DNA from: Gemmatimonadaceae bacterium
GTDB lineage: Bacteria; Gemmatimonadota; Gemmatimonadetes; Gemmatimonadales; Gemmatimonadaceae
Assembly: GCA_051859245.1 (NCBI GenBank)
Contig: JBHYGA010000001.1
Coordinates: forward strand, 1,277,722 to 1,341,721
Length of the DNA: 64,000 bases
Reading direction: 5' to 3'
The translations under genes and the position numbers were made by a program. The notes beneath the pieces were generated by a model, which saw nothing but the letters and a program-made list of their open reading frames with translations, ran no database searches and was not told the DNA's origin. This document shows positions 9,166-17,759 of the stretch, one piece after another (position 1 is the stretch's first letter; every line of letters begins with the position of its first letter).

Positions 9166-9309
9166 ACGTACCTCCGAGTGAATACGAGTGAACTGCGAGC
9201 GAACATAAACTGCCTCGGCTGGAACTTAGCCTGTTCTCCTGGCGAAATTCCATCGTGCCCGCATGTGTAAATTAGCGGGAACCTCTCCCCGTGATTGACA
9301 CACGTACCT

Positions 9310-9843
9310 ATGCCACCGATTGTCCTCGAGCGCCGTCCTTCCCCACGCCACGGCGATGGCATGTTTGCCGCGGCGGCGATTCCACGGCACGCGTTAGTGA
9401 TTGAATACACCGGCGAACTCGTGTCGCACGAAACGGCGCAACAGCGCTACGCGGCAAACGATGCCCACGATCGGGCGCCGCACACGTTCGTATTGCAGCT
9501 CGATGACGACCGGGTCATTGACGCGAACGTTGGGGGCAACGATGCGCGGTACATCAATCACTCCTGCGAGCCGAATCTCGAACCGATTGTGATTGGAGAT
9601 GCGCTTTGGCTCGTCGCGCTGCGTGATATCGACGTTGGAGAAGAACTCGGCTACGACTACGCGATTGAGCTGGATGAGGTGCATACGCCGTCGGCGAAAC
9701 GACGCTTTCCGTGTGCCTGCGGTGCCGCAAGCTGCCGTGGTACGTTGCTCCGGCCAAAACGCACACCGCAGAGTGCACAGTCACGTGAGGCGCGGCGCGT
9801 GATTGCCGCGCGGGTGCGGGAGCTTGTGAGGCAAGCGCCCTGA
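9310..9843 (+). CDS. SET-domain protein-lysine methyltransferase with post-SET motif
   Basis: SPRHGDGMFA, IEYTGE, ARYINHSCEPN, EELGYDY and CACGAASCRG. Confidence 0.93.
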   Translation: MPPIVLERRPSPRHGDGMFAAAAIPRHALVIEYTGELVSHETAQQRYAANDAHDRAPHTFVLQLDDDRVIDANVGGNDARYINHSCEPNLEPIVIGDALWLVALRDIDVGEELGYDYAIELDEVHTPSAKRRFPCACGAASCRGTLLRPKRTPQSAQSREARRVIAARVRELVRQAP

Positions 9844-9879
9844 CGCACGTACTCGCCGCGGTGTCGTCGACTGCATGAA

Positions 9880-9902
9880 CGCGCAGTCGCAGCGACTGCG
9901 CG
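9880..9902. terminator. Hairpin between convergent genes
   Basis: CGCGCAGTCG-cag-CGACTGCGCG. Confidence 0.5.
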
Positions 9903-9903
9903 A

Positions 9904-12276
9904 CTATTGCAGTCGAAACAGATAGCTGAACTTGGTGAAGAACGCGTCGCGCGTACGGGTCAGGCGATCTGGACCGATGGGTTCGTCTGCGCGGCGCTGG
10001 TCGCCGTAGCCAAAGAACAGCACCGTACCCGGCGTGGGCAGATAGGAGAAGAGCACATCGAGCCGCGTGGCCGAACGTTTGAACGCCGCCGCGCGCGTGA
10101 GGGTACCGTTGCTGGCGCGGTAGTACACCGGAAGGTTGGTGCGAGAATCATCGCGCAACGAGTCCTGGTCTGTGACCGCATGCTCACCGATCACACGAAA
10201 GAAAATCTGCCGCGTAATCTGGTACTCTGCGCGCACGCGCCGTGTGAATCGGCGCTGCACTTGCGTGCGGTCACTCACGCGATTGAACGTGTCGTCATTC
10301 ACGGTGGCCGAAATGCGTAACTGATCGGTTGGGCGCAGATTCAACGCGCCCTGCAAAATCCGAACGCCCGCCGAGCTCCACTCGGGAAAGTTCTCGTCGC
10401 GTCCGATAATCCCGAAAAAGTTGAACGAAAAGCGTTTGAATTCGGGTGAGGTAATCGACATCACCCAATCGAGGTTCGGCAGCATGGGCGTGCCGGTGTA
10501 ACCCGTGGTATCCACGCCGCCTCCCGCGCGCGGCACAAGCAACGCGTAGTTCGCGTAGAGCGACGGATCATAGCCGAACTCTTCGATCAGCACCTGCGCA
10601 CCAAACTGCCAGCCACCGCGGAATCGCGTGTTGGTGCGAAAGTGAATCTGCGCGTCCTGCGCGTGACGACGATTGACAATGTCGGTGTATTGCCAGCGGC
10701 CCAGCATATACACTTCAGGCACAAAGGCCTCAACCAACGCACCAGGCGCGCCGAACCATGTGTAGCGATGCGTGGCCTGCAGGTTCGAGATTCCGGGACG
10801 CGCAATGAATCCGGACTGTGCATCAAAATCCGGGCTGATACCGTTGAACGCGTAACGTGCGTAGTACTTGCGTCCGGTAAAGTTGGCCGAAAGATCCCAG
10901 AGCGGCGCGGAGTTCGTGTCGTCGCCGTTGCCCGTGAGTGAGCCGGCCAGCTGCCCTTGTGCACTGAAAATGCCGCGTACAAACCGACCGTCTACGCCAA
11001 GGACACGATTCCATCGATCGCCTTCGATTTTATCCGTGTAGACCAGTCCCATGCGACTGGTGGTGCCAAGGTCACGCTGAATGCGCACAATATTGTAAAG
11101 CGGTGTTTCACGCTGATTGTATGATCCATCGCGACTGTCCACGGCTGACAGCACGCCAATGTCATAGCCATTGTGTTTACCCGTCAGCTTGGCGGAGGCA
11201 ATCGGCTGCGTGATTCGCCGCGTGTAGATCAGGCGATTCGGCGTGGTGAACTGCTCCTGGCTCTCCAAAAAGAACGGTCGTCGTTCGGCGAAAAAGATCG
11301 CGCTTCGCGGATCGAACGTGTATTGCGTGGCATCTGCTTCGACCTGGCTGAAATCGGGATTCGCCGTGCCGGAGAGTGTGAGGTTGCTGGTGATACCCCA
11401 GCGCGCGCTGCCCCCGATTTCGGGGCGTGTCGCGTCATAGTTCCAGCGAGTGGTGCCGGGCGTGGGTGCGCCGTTGGCAACCGCCGTGATCGTTGGAATC
11501 ACATCAACGGTCAAGCCGCGTTGCAAATCCCGCAATCCGGTGAGCGTTCCTGATTGTGCGAGAAAACTTGCCGCCGCTCGAAGGGCGGGCGCCCAGCTTT
11601 GTTCGTGTCCGGTCAGCTGAACCGTTCGAATCACGTTGAGTTGCCACTTTTGCTCGTCCCCTGCACGATAGCGCAAACTCTTGAACGGAATGGACATCTC
11701 CACTTCATATCCGAAGTCCGTGACCCGCCCCTTTGATTTCCACACATAGTCAGGCGCAAGGTCAACGCTTTCGCGCGTGCGCGGCGTGCTGCTGGTAAAT
11801 CCGCCGCCGCTTTGCGCGCCGGTTTCGTTGATGACGCCGTCGCTCTGAATGCCGAGCGGATTCACACCGAACACCAGCGCTTGCCGACTGTCGCTGTAGG
11901 TGCCGAGGAACACCTGAATATTGTCGTCTTGTGTGATGCGGTCTCGGTCGGCAAGGTTAGCGCGCACGGTGCCTTGAGGCGCATATGCGCGTACTCCGAT
12001 GTGCAGCGCCGTGGCGGAATACCACACAAACACTTCCGTGCTGTCGCGCGCGTCCACGCCATCCGTGGGGAAGTACTGCGAGAATCCGGTGAGCACCGCG
12101 GCGTCGCGCCACGGCGCTTCGTCCAACACACCGTCAACATTGGGAGCGGCGTCTATTCGTGGCGTGGGCACCGAGGTGGCCCCGCGTCGACCATCGAAGA
12201 CCGGACCGGGTTCACTGGGGCGCGTGCCGGGGAGGGAGTCGGCCAACGCAAGACTGAGGAGGAGGGCGGGGAGCAT
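9904..12276 (-). CDS. CBM9-like + DUF5916 outer-membrane protein
   Basis: N-terminal VDGVLDEAPW...FGVNPLG...EMSIPFKSLRY (CBM9/DOMON-like); NPDFSQVEAD...FFAERRPFFLE...YTRRI; beta-rich C-terminus ending KFSYLFRLQ. Confidence 0.85.
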   Translation of the reverse strand: MLPALLLSLALADSLPGTRPSEPGPVFDGRRGATSVPTPRIDAAPNVDGVLDEAPWRDAAVLTGFSQYFPTDGVDARDSTEVFVWYSATALHIGVRAYAPQGTVRANLADRDRITQDDNIQVFLGTYSDSRQALVFGVNPLGIQSDGVINETGAQSGGGFTSSTPRTRESVDLAPDYVWKSKGRVTDFGYEVEMSIPFKSLRYRAGDEQKWQLNVIRTVQLTGHEQSWAPALRAAASFLAQSGTLTGLRDLQRGLTVDVIPTITAVANGAPTPGTTRWNYDATRPEIGGSARWGITSNLTLSGTANPDFSQVEADATQYTFDPRSAIFFAERRPFFLESQEQFTTPNRLIYTRRITQPIASAKLTGKHNGYDIGVLSAVDSRDGSYNQRETPLYNIVRIQRDLGTTSRMGLVYTDKIEGDRWNRVLGVDGRFVRGIFSAQGQLAGSLTGNGDDTNSAPLWDLSANFTGRKYYARYAFNGISPDFDAQSGFIARPGISNLQATHRYTWFGAPGALVEAFVPEVYMLGRWQYTDIVNRRHAQDAQIHFRTNTRFRGGWQFGAQVLIEEFGYDPSLYANYALLVPRAGGGVDTTGYTGTPMLPNLDWVMSITSPEFKRFSFNFFGIIGRDENFPEWSSAGVRILQGALNLRPTDQLRISATVNDDTFNRVSDRTQVQRRFTRRVRAEYQITRQIFFRVIGEHAVTDQDSLRDDSRTNLPVYYRASNGTLTRAAAFKRSATRLDVLFSYLPTPGTVLFFGYGDQRRADEPIGPDRLTRTRDAFFTKFSYLFRLQ

Positions 12277-12409
12277 AGGCCAGAGACTATGTGTCAGACG
12301 AGTCGCGCGCGAGAGGGACCGCTACCAATAGGGACGAATCGCACGGTATCTTCTTCCAAATGGAGATTCCGTGTCGTCTTCCGACCTGTGGTGCCACAGC
12401 TCGTGCACA

Positions 12410-12982
12410 ATGAGTGACGACCGTGATCGCGAGATACGCTCGCCTGGGTGGCGGCGTTGGGTGACCTGGACAAACCTGTTCGTGCTGGCGGTGGCGATCT
12501 GGGCGGCGCCGCGGCTGCTGCCGCATCTGGGCGCGGTGTTTGGAGTGCGCAGTGGTGAGGCGCTGCGCCCGGTGTATTCCGTCACGACACGTGACGGTCA
12601 CCTCGTCACGCAGGACAGCCTTCGCGGGCGCGCGGTGCTGGTGAATGTGTGGGCCACGTGGTGTGCGCCCTGTCGCGTGGAGATGCCGGCGCTGCAACAA
12701 ATTGCCAATCAATACGCGAACGACGGGCTTGTCGTGCTTGGGCTGTCGGTTGACCGCGGACCAGCATCTGAGGTCGACGCGTTTCTTGCCGAGCGAAAGA
12801 TCTCCTATCCGGTTGCGATTGTTGATGATCGCACGATCGCCGCGCTCGGCGGCGTGCGGGGGTACCCAACGAGTTTTTTACTCGACCGGAACGGCGTCGT
12901 GCAACATCGCGTGCTAGGGCCGATTGGAGTGGTCAGTTTGCGACCGGCGATTGGTCGGGTGCTTGCCGATCCAGCGCCGTAA
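12410..12982 (+). CDS. TlpA/ResA-family thiol-disulfide oxidoreductase
   Basis: N-terminal TM; LVNVWATWCAPCRVEMP; GYPTSFLLD. Alternative start GTG 12371. Confidence 0.92.
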   Translation: MSDDRDREIRSPGWRRWVTWTNLFVLAVAIWAAPRLLPHLGAVFGVRSGEALRPVYSVTTRDGHLVTQDSLRGRAVLVNVWATWCAPCRVEMPALQQIANQYANDGLVVLGLSVDRGPASEVDAFLAERKISYPVAIVDDRTIAALGGVRGYPTSFLLDRNGVVQHRVLGPIGVVSLRPAIGRVLADPAP

Positions 12983-13047
12983 ATATTTCGTGAGTGATCG
13001 CGTCGTGTGCGTGATCAGTCCTTCGCTGTGAACTTCTAAACGAACTC

Positions 13048-14160
13048 ATGTCATCATCTGTTGCTCCTGCGACCCGTTTGCTACAACAGGTTCGAATTGC
13101 TGCCACCGATTCTGTGCTCTATTTCCATCCGGAATCGAGTGCCACAGTTGCCATGGGTGCGCGCGCAGCTGACAACGGTCGCGTGGTGGTGTCGCACCGT
13201 CGGTGGCCGGTGGTGACTCAGCTGAGACGAGACCTTGAACTGGTTGGTCTCGCGCAGGTGCAGGTGCATCATGCGCACGGATTGGCGAAATGGTTCTCGG
13301 CCGTCGCTGCGCAGGATAAGACGTTCGATCTGGTGGTGATTCGTTTGCCATCGGAGCGCGTCGCGTTCTATCAGCTGGTGCTTGATGCCGTGCAGGTGCT
13401 GAAGCCTGGCGGACGTTGTGTGGTGGTGGGCGGTAATGAAGAGGGCGTGAAGCCTGCCGCGAATGTGCTGGAGGGTGTGTTCGGCAAGTGTGCCGTGATG
13501 GGTCATGCAGGCGGGCATCGTTTGTTGATGAGCGTTCGAGGCGAACGTGTTGATCTCTCCGCGCTTCAGCCGCTCGTTGCGCCGTTCGATGACGTTCAGG
13601 CCTTCATGGAAGTCTCGCATGTACTGCGTGGATCGCCGCTCTCCGTGTTCACACGCCCCGGCGTGTTTTCGTGGGAGCATCTTGATGAAGCCACGGCGAC
13701 GCTCGTTGAACACATGCACGTTCCGGAGCGAGCCGATGTGCTGGACCTTGGCTGTGGCGCCGGTGTGCTCGGCGCGGTTGCTGGCCGTCTCCTGAAACAG
13801 GGCACCGTGACGCTGGTGGATGCCGACAGTGAAGCGATTCGCTGCGCGACGGGCACCATGACTTGTTCAGGCACAACTCAGTGGCGAGTGCTGGCGAGTG
13901 ACGTCTGCGAAGCTGTTCGTGACGAACGTTTTGATCTCGTGCTATGCAATCCACCGTTTCACGTTGGCAAAACAACGGACCTGTCGCTCCCCGTGCGGTT
14001 TATCGAAGAAGCCGCGCAGGTGTTGCGGCCAGGTGGCACGCTGCAACTGGTGGCCAACCGCAAACTTCCCTACGAGTGGGAGCTGGAACGCGTGTTTGGT
14101 AATCGACGCACCGTGTTCGATGGCAACCGCTTCAAGGTGCTTTCCGCGACGCGCGAGTAG
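13048..14160 (+). CDS. rsmC: RsmC/RlmG-like class I SAM methyltransferase
   Basis: PGVFSWEHLD, VLDLGCGAGVLG, LCNPPFHVG, LQLVANRKLPY, FKVL motifs. Confidence 0.8.
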   Translation: MSSSVAPATRLLQQVRIAATDSVLYFHPESSATVAMGARAADNGRVVVSHRRWPVVTQLRRDLELVGLAQVQVHHAHGLAKWFSAVAAQDKTFDLVVIRLPSERVAFYQLVLDAVQVLKPGGRCVVVGGNEEGVKPAANVLEGVFGKCAVMGHAGGHRLLMSVRGERVDLSALQPLVAPFDDVQAFMEVSHVLRGSPLSVFTRPGVFSWEHLDEATATLVEHMHVPERADVLDLGCGAGVLGAVAGRLLKQGTVTLVDADSEAIRCATGTMTCSGTTQWRVLASDVCEAVRDERFDLVLCNPPFHVGKTTDLSLPVRFIEEAAQVLRPGGTLQLVANRKLPYEWELERVFGNRRTVFDGNRFKVLSATRE

Positions 14161-14881
14161 CGCGCGCCGCTTCGAGAGCGACATGCAGCGATTCACGCTC
14201 GCTCGCCGAGAGCACGCGCCACTCGCCCTCGCGCACACCATCGAGTGTGATCGGTCCAAACGCGTCGCGATGTAATGTCTGCACGTGGTTTCCCACCGCG
14301 GCGAACATCCGTCGCACCTGATGATAGCGGCCTTCTGTAATGGTCACGCGGGCGACACGCGGCTCGAGCAGTTCCAGCGTGGCGGGCAGCAGCGGTGTGT
14401 TCTCTCCGGTCAGCAGGAGAGTGCCGCTGGCAAATACCTCCGCTGCGTCCTCCCGCAGCGATTCGGCCAGATGCGCCACGTAGCGCTTGGGCAGGTGTGA
14501 CTTTGGCGACGTGAGACGATGCAGCAGCTGGCCGTCGTCTGTAAACAGCAAGAGACCGGTGGTATCGCGATCCAGACGCCCCACTGGTGACATGATCGGG
14601 GAGCGTTCACGGAAACGAGACGGCAGCAGATCGTAGACGAGCGGATTTTGATCTTCTGTAGAGCACACCATGCCCGCGGGCTTGTGCAGAAGAATCACCG
14701 CGCCGGGAGGCGGGTCGAGCGGCAGCCCCATCACGCGAAGGTCGTCATGGGGTGGCACAGCCTGCGCGCTGTCGCGCAACACGCTGCCATTGGCGAGCGT
14801 GATCTGCTGGCTTTCGAGCATACGTTCCAACTCGCGCTTGGTGCCGTAACCAAGATTCGAGAGATAGCGGGCCAGTTTCAT
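14132..14881 (-). CDS. rsuA: RsuA-family pseudouridine synthase
   Basis: MKLARYLS S4-like start, LHKPAG, GRLDRDTTGLLL, EGRYHQVRRMF. Confidence 0.88.
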   Translation of the reverse strand: MKLARYLSNLGYGTKRELERMLESQQITLANGSVLRDSAQAVPPHDDLRVMGLPLDPPPGAVILLHKPAGMVCSTEDQNPLVYDLLPSRFRERSPIMSPVGRLDRDTTGLLLFTDDGQLLHRLTSPKSHLPKRYVAHLAESLREDAAEVFASGTLLLTGENTPLLPATLELLEPRVARVTITEGRYHQVRRMFAAVGNHVQTLHRDAFGPITLDGVREGEWRVLSASERESLHVALEAARATRASRKAP

Positions 14882-14930
14882 GCGATGGCCCGGTCGGGAA
14901 GCGTGTTGCGTGTCATCACACAACGTACAC

Positions 14931-14964
14931 AAAAGGCGCGCGCCCGTGGAGTCGGGCGCGCGCC
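14931..14964 (-). terminator. Intrinsic terminator of the TBDR gene
   Basis: GGCGCGCGCCCG-N6-CGGGCGCGCGCC with AAAA on the plus strand (U-tract on minus). Confidence 0.8.
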
Positions 14965-15027
14965 AGTGTCCGGCGAGCGGAAGCGGTCGCAGTGCGGCGA
15001 GCGCAGTCTGCCGCAGTCTACCGAAGT

Positions 15028-17562
15028 CTACCGCAGCGAGTACGAGACCTGCAGCGTGAGGAACTGCGGCGCGCCCGCGATGAACGTGGGAATGCCGAAT
15101 GCGTTGCCCGTATTGCCGGCGTCAATGATGTACTGCTGATCAAAGATATTCCGGCCGATCAGCGAGATCTCGGTGCGGCGATCGGGCAACGCATACGCGG
15201 CGCGAAGATTCACGAGCGCGTAGCCGTTCTCACGAATGTTGGGCTGATTGAGATCTTCGAAGAACACGCGTCCCCGGTACACCACGTTCGGTGACACGAC
15301 CAGCCGTCCACGCGCGCCATCCAACGCGGTGATGGAAACACCGGTGCTGTACGAATGCATGGGCGTGAGACGGAACCGATTGCCGGAACGTGCCTGACGA
15401 TCGCCGTTCGCGTCGAGCGAATCGAACTTGGCGTCGATGTAGCCGAATGTGGCGAACGCGCTGACCTTGTCGGTGAGCTGTCCGCGCAGACTGCTTTCAA
15501 TTCCCCACGACGTGGCGCGACCTACGTCGAGCGTCAGGTTTTGCAGTCCCTGATCGGTAATGCGGACAATCGACGTCTGGAAGTTGTTGTAGTTGTAGCG
15601 ATAGCCGTTGGCGTCAAACTGAATGCGGCCACCAGCGAGCTGACCCTTGAGTCCGCCTTCGTAGCTCCACACCGTTTCTTCATTGAGCGTGTTGGTGCCG
15701 GCGGCGTTCACCACCACCACGTTCGGTCGACGTCCCTTGGACACGCTGGCAAAGCCGAGATAGCCACGGCCAAAATCGTAGCTCGCGATCGCGCGGCCAA
15801 CGCCGGAACGGAACGAGCCGGTGCCTTCGTTGCGTCCGTTTGTTGGCGCAAACAGGTTGTTCGGTGTCGCACTCAGAATGAAACCCAGCGAGCCCGGTGT
15901 GGCCGAGTTTTTCACTTCGTACGCGTTGTTCACGTCTTCGAAAGTACCGCGAACGCCCGCGGTCAGCGTGAGCTTGTCGGTTGGACGGAACGTGGCGTCG
16001 GCGAACACTTCGTAGGCCGTGAGTTCACCAAAGTTCTGATACTGTTCTTCGTGCTGCGTTTTGAACGGACGGCCGGTGAGCGGATTGTTGGCGACCGCAA
16101 AGTTCGGTGAACCGTCGTTGTTGATGAGCGGGATTCGTGGCACACCAGCGGCGGCCAGGAACGGGCTGAAGAGGGCAAACAGGCTGCGTTCATCGGTGAA
16201 GAACGGGACACGCTGACTTCCCTTTTCGTTGAACACACTGGTTCCCACGAAACCCGTCACGCGTCCGCCAGCATCGTAGTTGAAGCGCACTTCCTGACTG
16301 AGCTGCGACCCTTCGGCGACTTCGCGAAACTGCAGCACCGGCGCGAGCGTGCCGTCAGCGTCAAAGGCTTCGTCGGAATAGAAGCGGCGCCACGCACTCG
16401 TGGACGTCAGACTCCAGTTGCGGCCGAGCTGCTGATTCCAGAGCAGCGTCACGCCACCCACCTGACGATCAATGCCCAGCGAGTCGCCACCGTTCAGTGC
16501 CGCACGTGCAAATGGCGTGCGGTCGCCGCCAGGCGTGTTGTACACAAGGCTCTTGAACGACGTGCCCGGTGAATCGTCACTCTGGAAGTTTGCCACCAGG
16601 TCGACCGTGCTGGACAATGACGGCAACCAGCGCAGCGACGTCCGAATAGCCGCTGTGTTCTTGCCGTTGAGTGTGCCACCGTCTGCGTTTTCAATGAAGC
16701 CATCGCGCTTGTTGTAAATCGCAGCAACGCGGCCGAAGAGTGTATTGGAAACGAGCGGCTGGTTGACCATGGCCGAGGCGAACACTTCGCCAAAGTTGCC
16801 ACCACCGGCGGTGACTTCTGCCTGACGCGCGTTGACGGCCTTGTTCTGAATCACATGCACAGCGCCGATTTGCGCGCCACGACCAAACAACGTGCCTTGC
16901 GGTCCTTTCAGCACTTCAACGCGTTCAAGATCGAAGAGTTCAACCACCGAACCGCGCGACTTGGAGATCGACACACCGTCCTGAAACACCGACACGCGCG
17001 GTTCAACAAAGCTGGTGCCGTCGTCTGATGTGATGCCGCGAATCACGAACCCCGGGTTGTTCGGGCTCTGCAACTGCACGTTGAGGCCTGGCACATACGA
17101 CGACAGCGCGTCGAACTGTTGCACGCTCTGTTCTTTCAGAAAGCGATCGTCATACGCGGTGATCGGCACCGGAACGTCCTGTACGGATTCGGTGCGCTTC
17201 TGCGCCGTGACGGCCACCGCGCTGATGGTATTTGCCGGGCGACGGAGACGCGACTCGATGTTCACCGTCTGGCCACTGGTCACCGTTACCGCCACCGTGT
17301 CCGGGGTGAGACCCACGGCGCGCACGACCAGACGCTGCGCTCCGGCGGGAACGCCAGCCAGGCGAAAGCGGCCCGAGACGTCGGTGTTGGCGCGGAGCGG
17401 CGAGCCGAGCAGCATGACCTCTGCGGCCTCAAGCGGACGGCCAGCCTCGGCGGTCACCACCGAACCGGCGATCACGCCGGCCTGAGCCTGAGCCGTAGCG
17501 GGCGAAACCAGTAGAAGCGCAAGACTCAGCGACGTGAGCCGTAGAACCATCGAACGGTGCAT
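15028..17562 (-). CDS. TonB-dependent receptor with N-terminal CarboxypepD_reg-like domain
   Basis: Signal peptide; VTAQKRTESVQDVP; plug LERVEVLKGPQGTLFGRGA; C-terminal GRNIFDQQY; GGAG SD before ATG 17562. Confidence 0.95.
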   Translation of the reverse strand: MHRSMVLRLTSLSLALLLVSPATAQAQAGVIAGSVVTAEAGRPLEAAEVMLLGSPLRANTDVSGRFRLAGVPAGAQRLVVRAVGLTPDTVAVTVTSGQTVNIESRLRRPANTISAVAVTAQKRTESVQDVPVPITAYDDRFLKEQSVQQFDALSSYVPGLNVQLQSPNNPGFVIRGITSDDGTSFVEPRVSVFQDGVSISKSRGSVVELFDLERVEVLKGPQGTLFGRGAQIGAVHVIQNKAVNARQAEVTAGGGNFGEVFASAMVNQPLVSNTLFGRVAAIYNKRDGFIENADGGTLNGKNTAAIRTSLRWLPSLSSTVDLVANFQSDDSPGTSFKSLVYNTPGGDRTPFARAALNGGDSLGIDRQVGGVTLLWNQQLGRNWSLTSTSAWRRFYSDEAFDADGTLAPVLQFREVAEGSQLSQEVRFNYDAGGRVTGFVGTSVFNEKGSQRVPFFTDERSLFALFSPFLAAAGVPRIPLINNDGSPNFAVANNPLTGRPFKTQHEEQYQNFGELTAYEVFADATFRPTDKLTLTAGVRGTFEDVNNAYEVKNSATPGSLGFILSATPNNLFAPTNGRNEGTGSFRSGVGRAIASYDFGRGYLGFASVSKGRRPNVVVVNAAGTNTLNEETVWSYEGGLKGQLAGGRIQFDANGYRYNYNNFQTSIVRITDQGLQNLTLDVGRATSWGIESSLRGQLTDKVSAFATFGYIDAKFDSLDANGDRQARSGNRFRLTPMHSYSTGVSITALDGARGRLVVSPNVVYRGRVFFEDLNQPNIRENGYALVNLRAAYALPDRRTEISLIGRNIFDQQYIIDAGNTGNAFGIPTFIAGAPQFLTLQVSYSLR

Positions 17563-17614
17563 GAACACTCCCTGATGAGAAGAGAAAACCGACCATCAGG
17601 TAGAAGCACGGCAC

Positions 17615-17658
17615 GTGTCACGGCCTGTATCACGGCGGGTCAAGAATCGGTCACGGCC
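17615..17658. promoter_or_regulatory. ~11-bp-periodic direct repeats (PhoB/OmpR-like boxes)
   Basis: GTGTCACGGCC TGTATCACGGC GGGTCAAGAAT CGGTCACGGCC in the divergent TBDR/M14 promoter region. Confidence 0.4.
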
Positions 17659-17759
17659 TCGCATCAGTCAGGCGACCAGCGCTTCACCGAGCCGGGACGT
17701 AGACTCAGGGACGGCCCGTTGGGCCCGCCTCCCTTGATTTCCTGCCTCCCCGATCAGCC

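Noticed and set aside
15002..15036. 10-bp tandem repeat (CGCAGTCTRC-like x3) over the TBDR stop
   Set aside because: Short local slippage without spacers; not CRISPR and no evident function.
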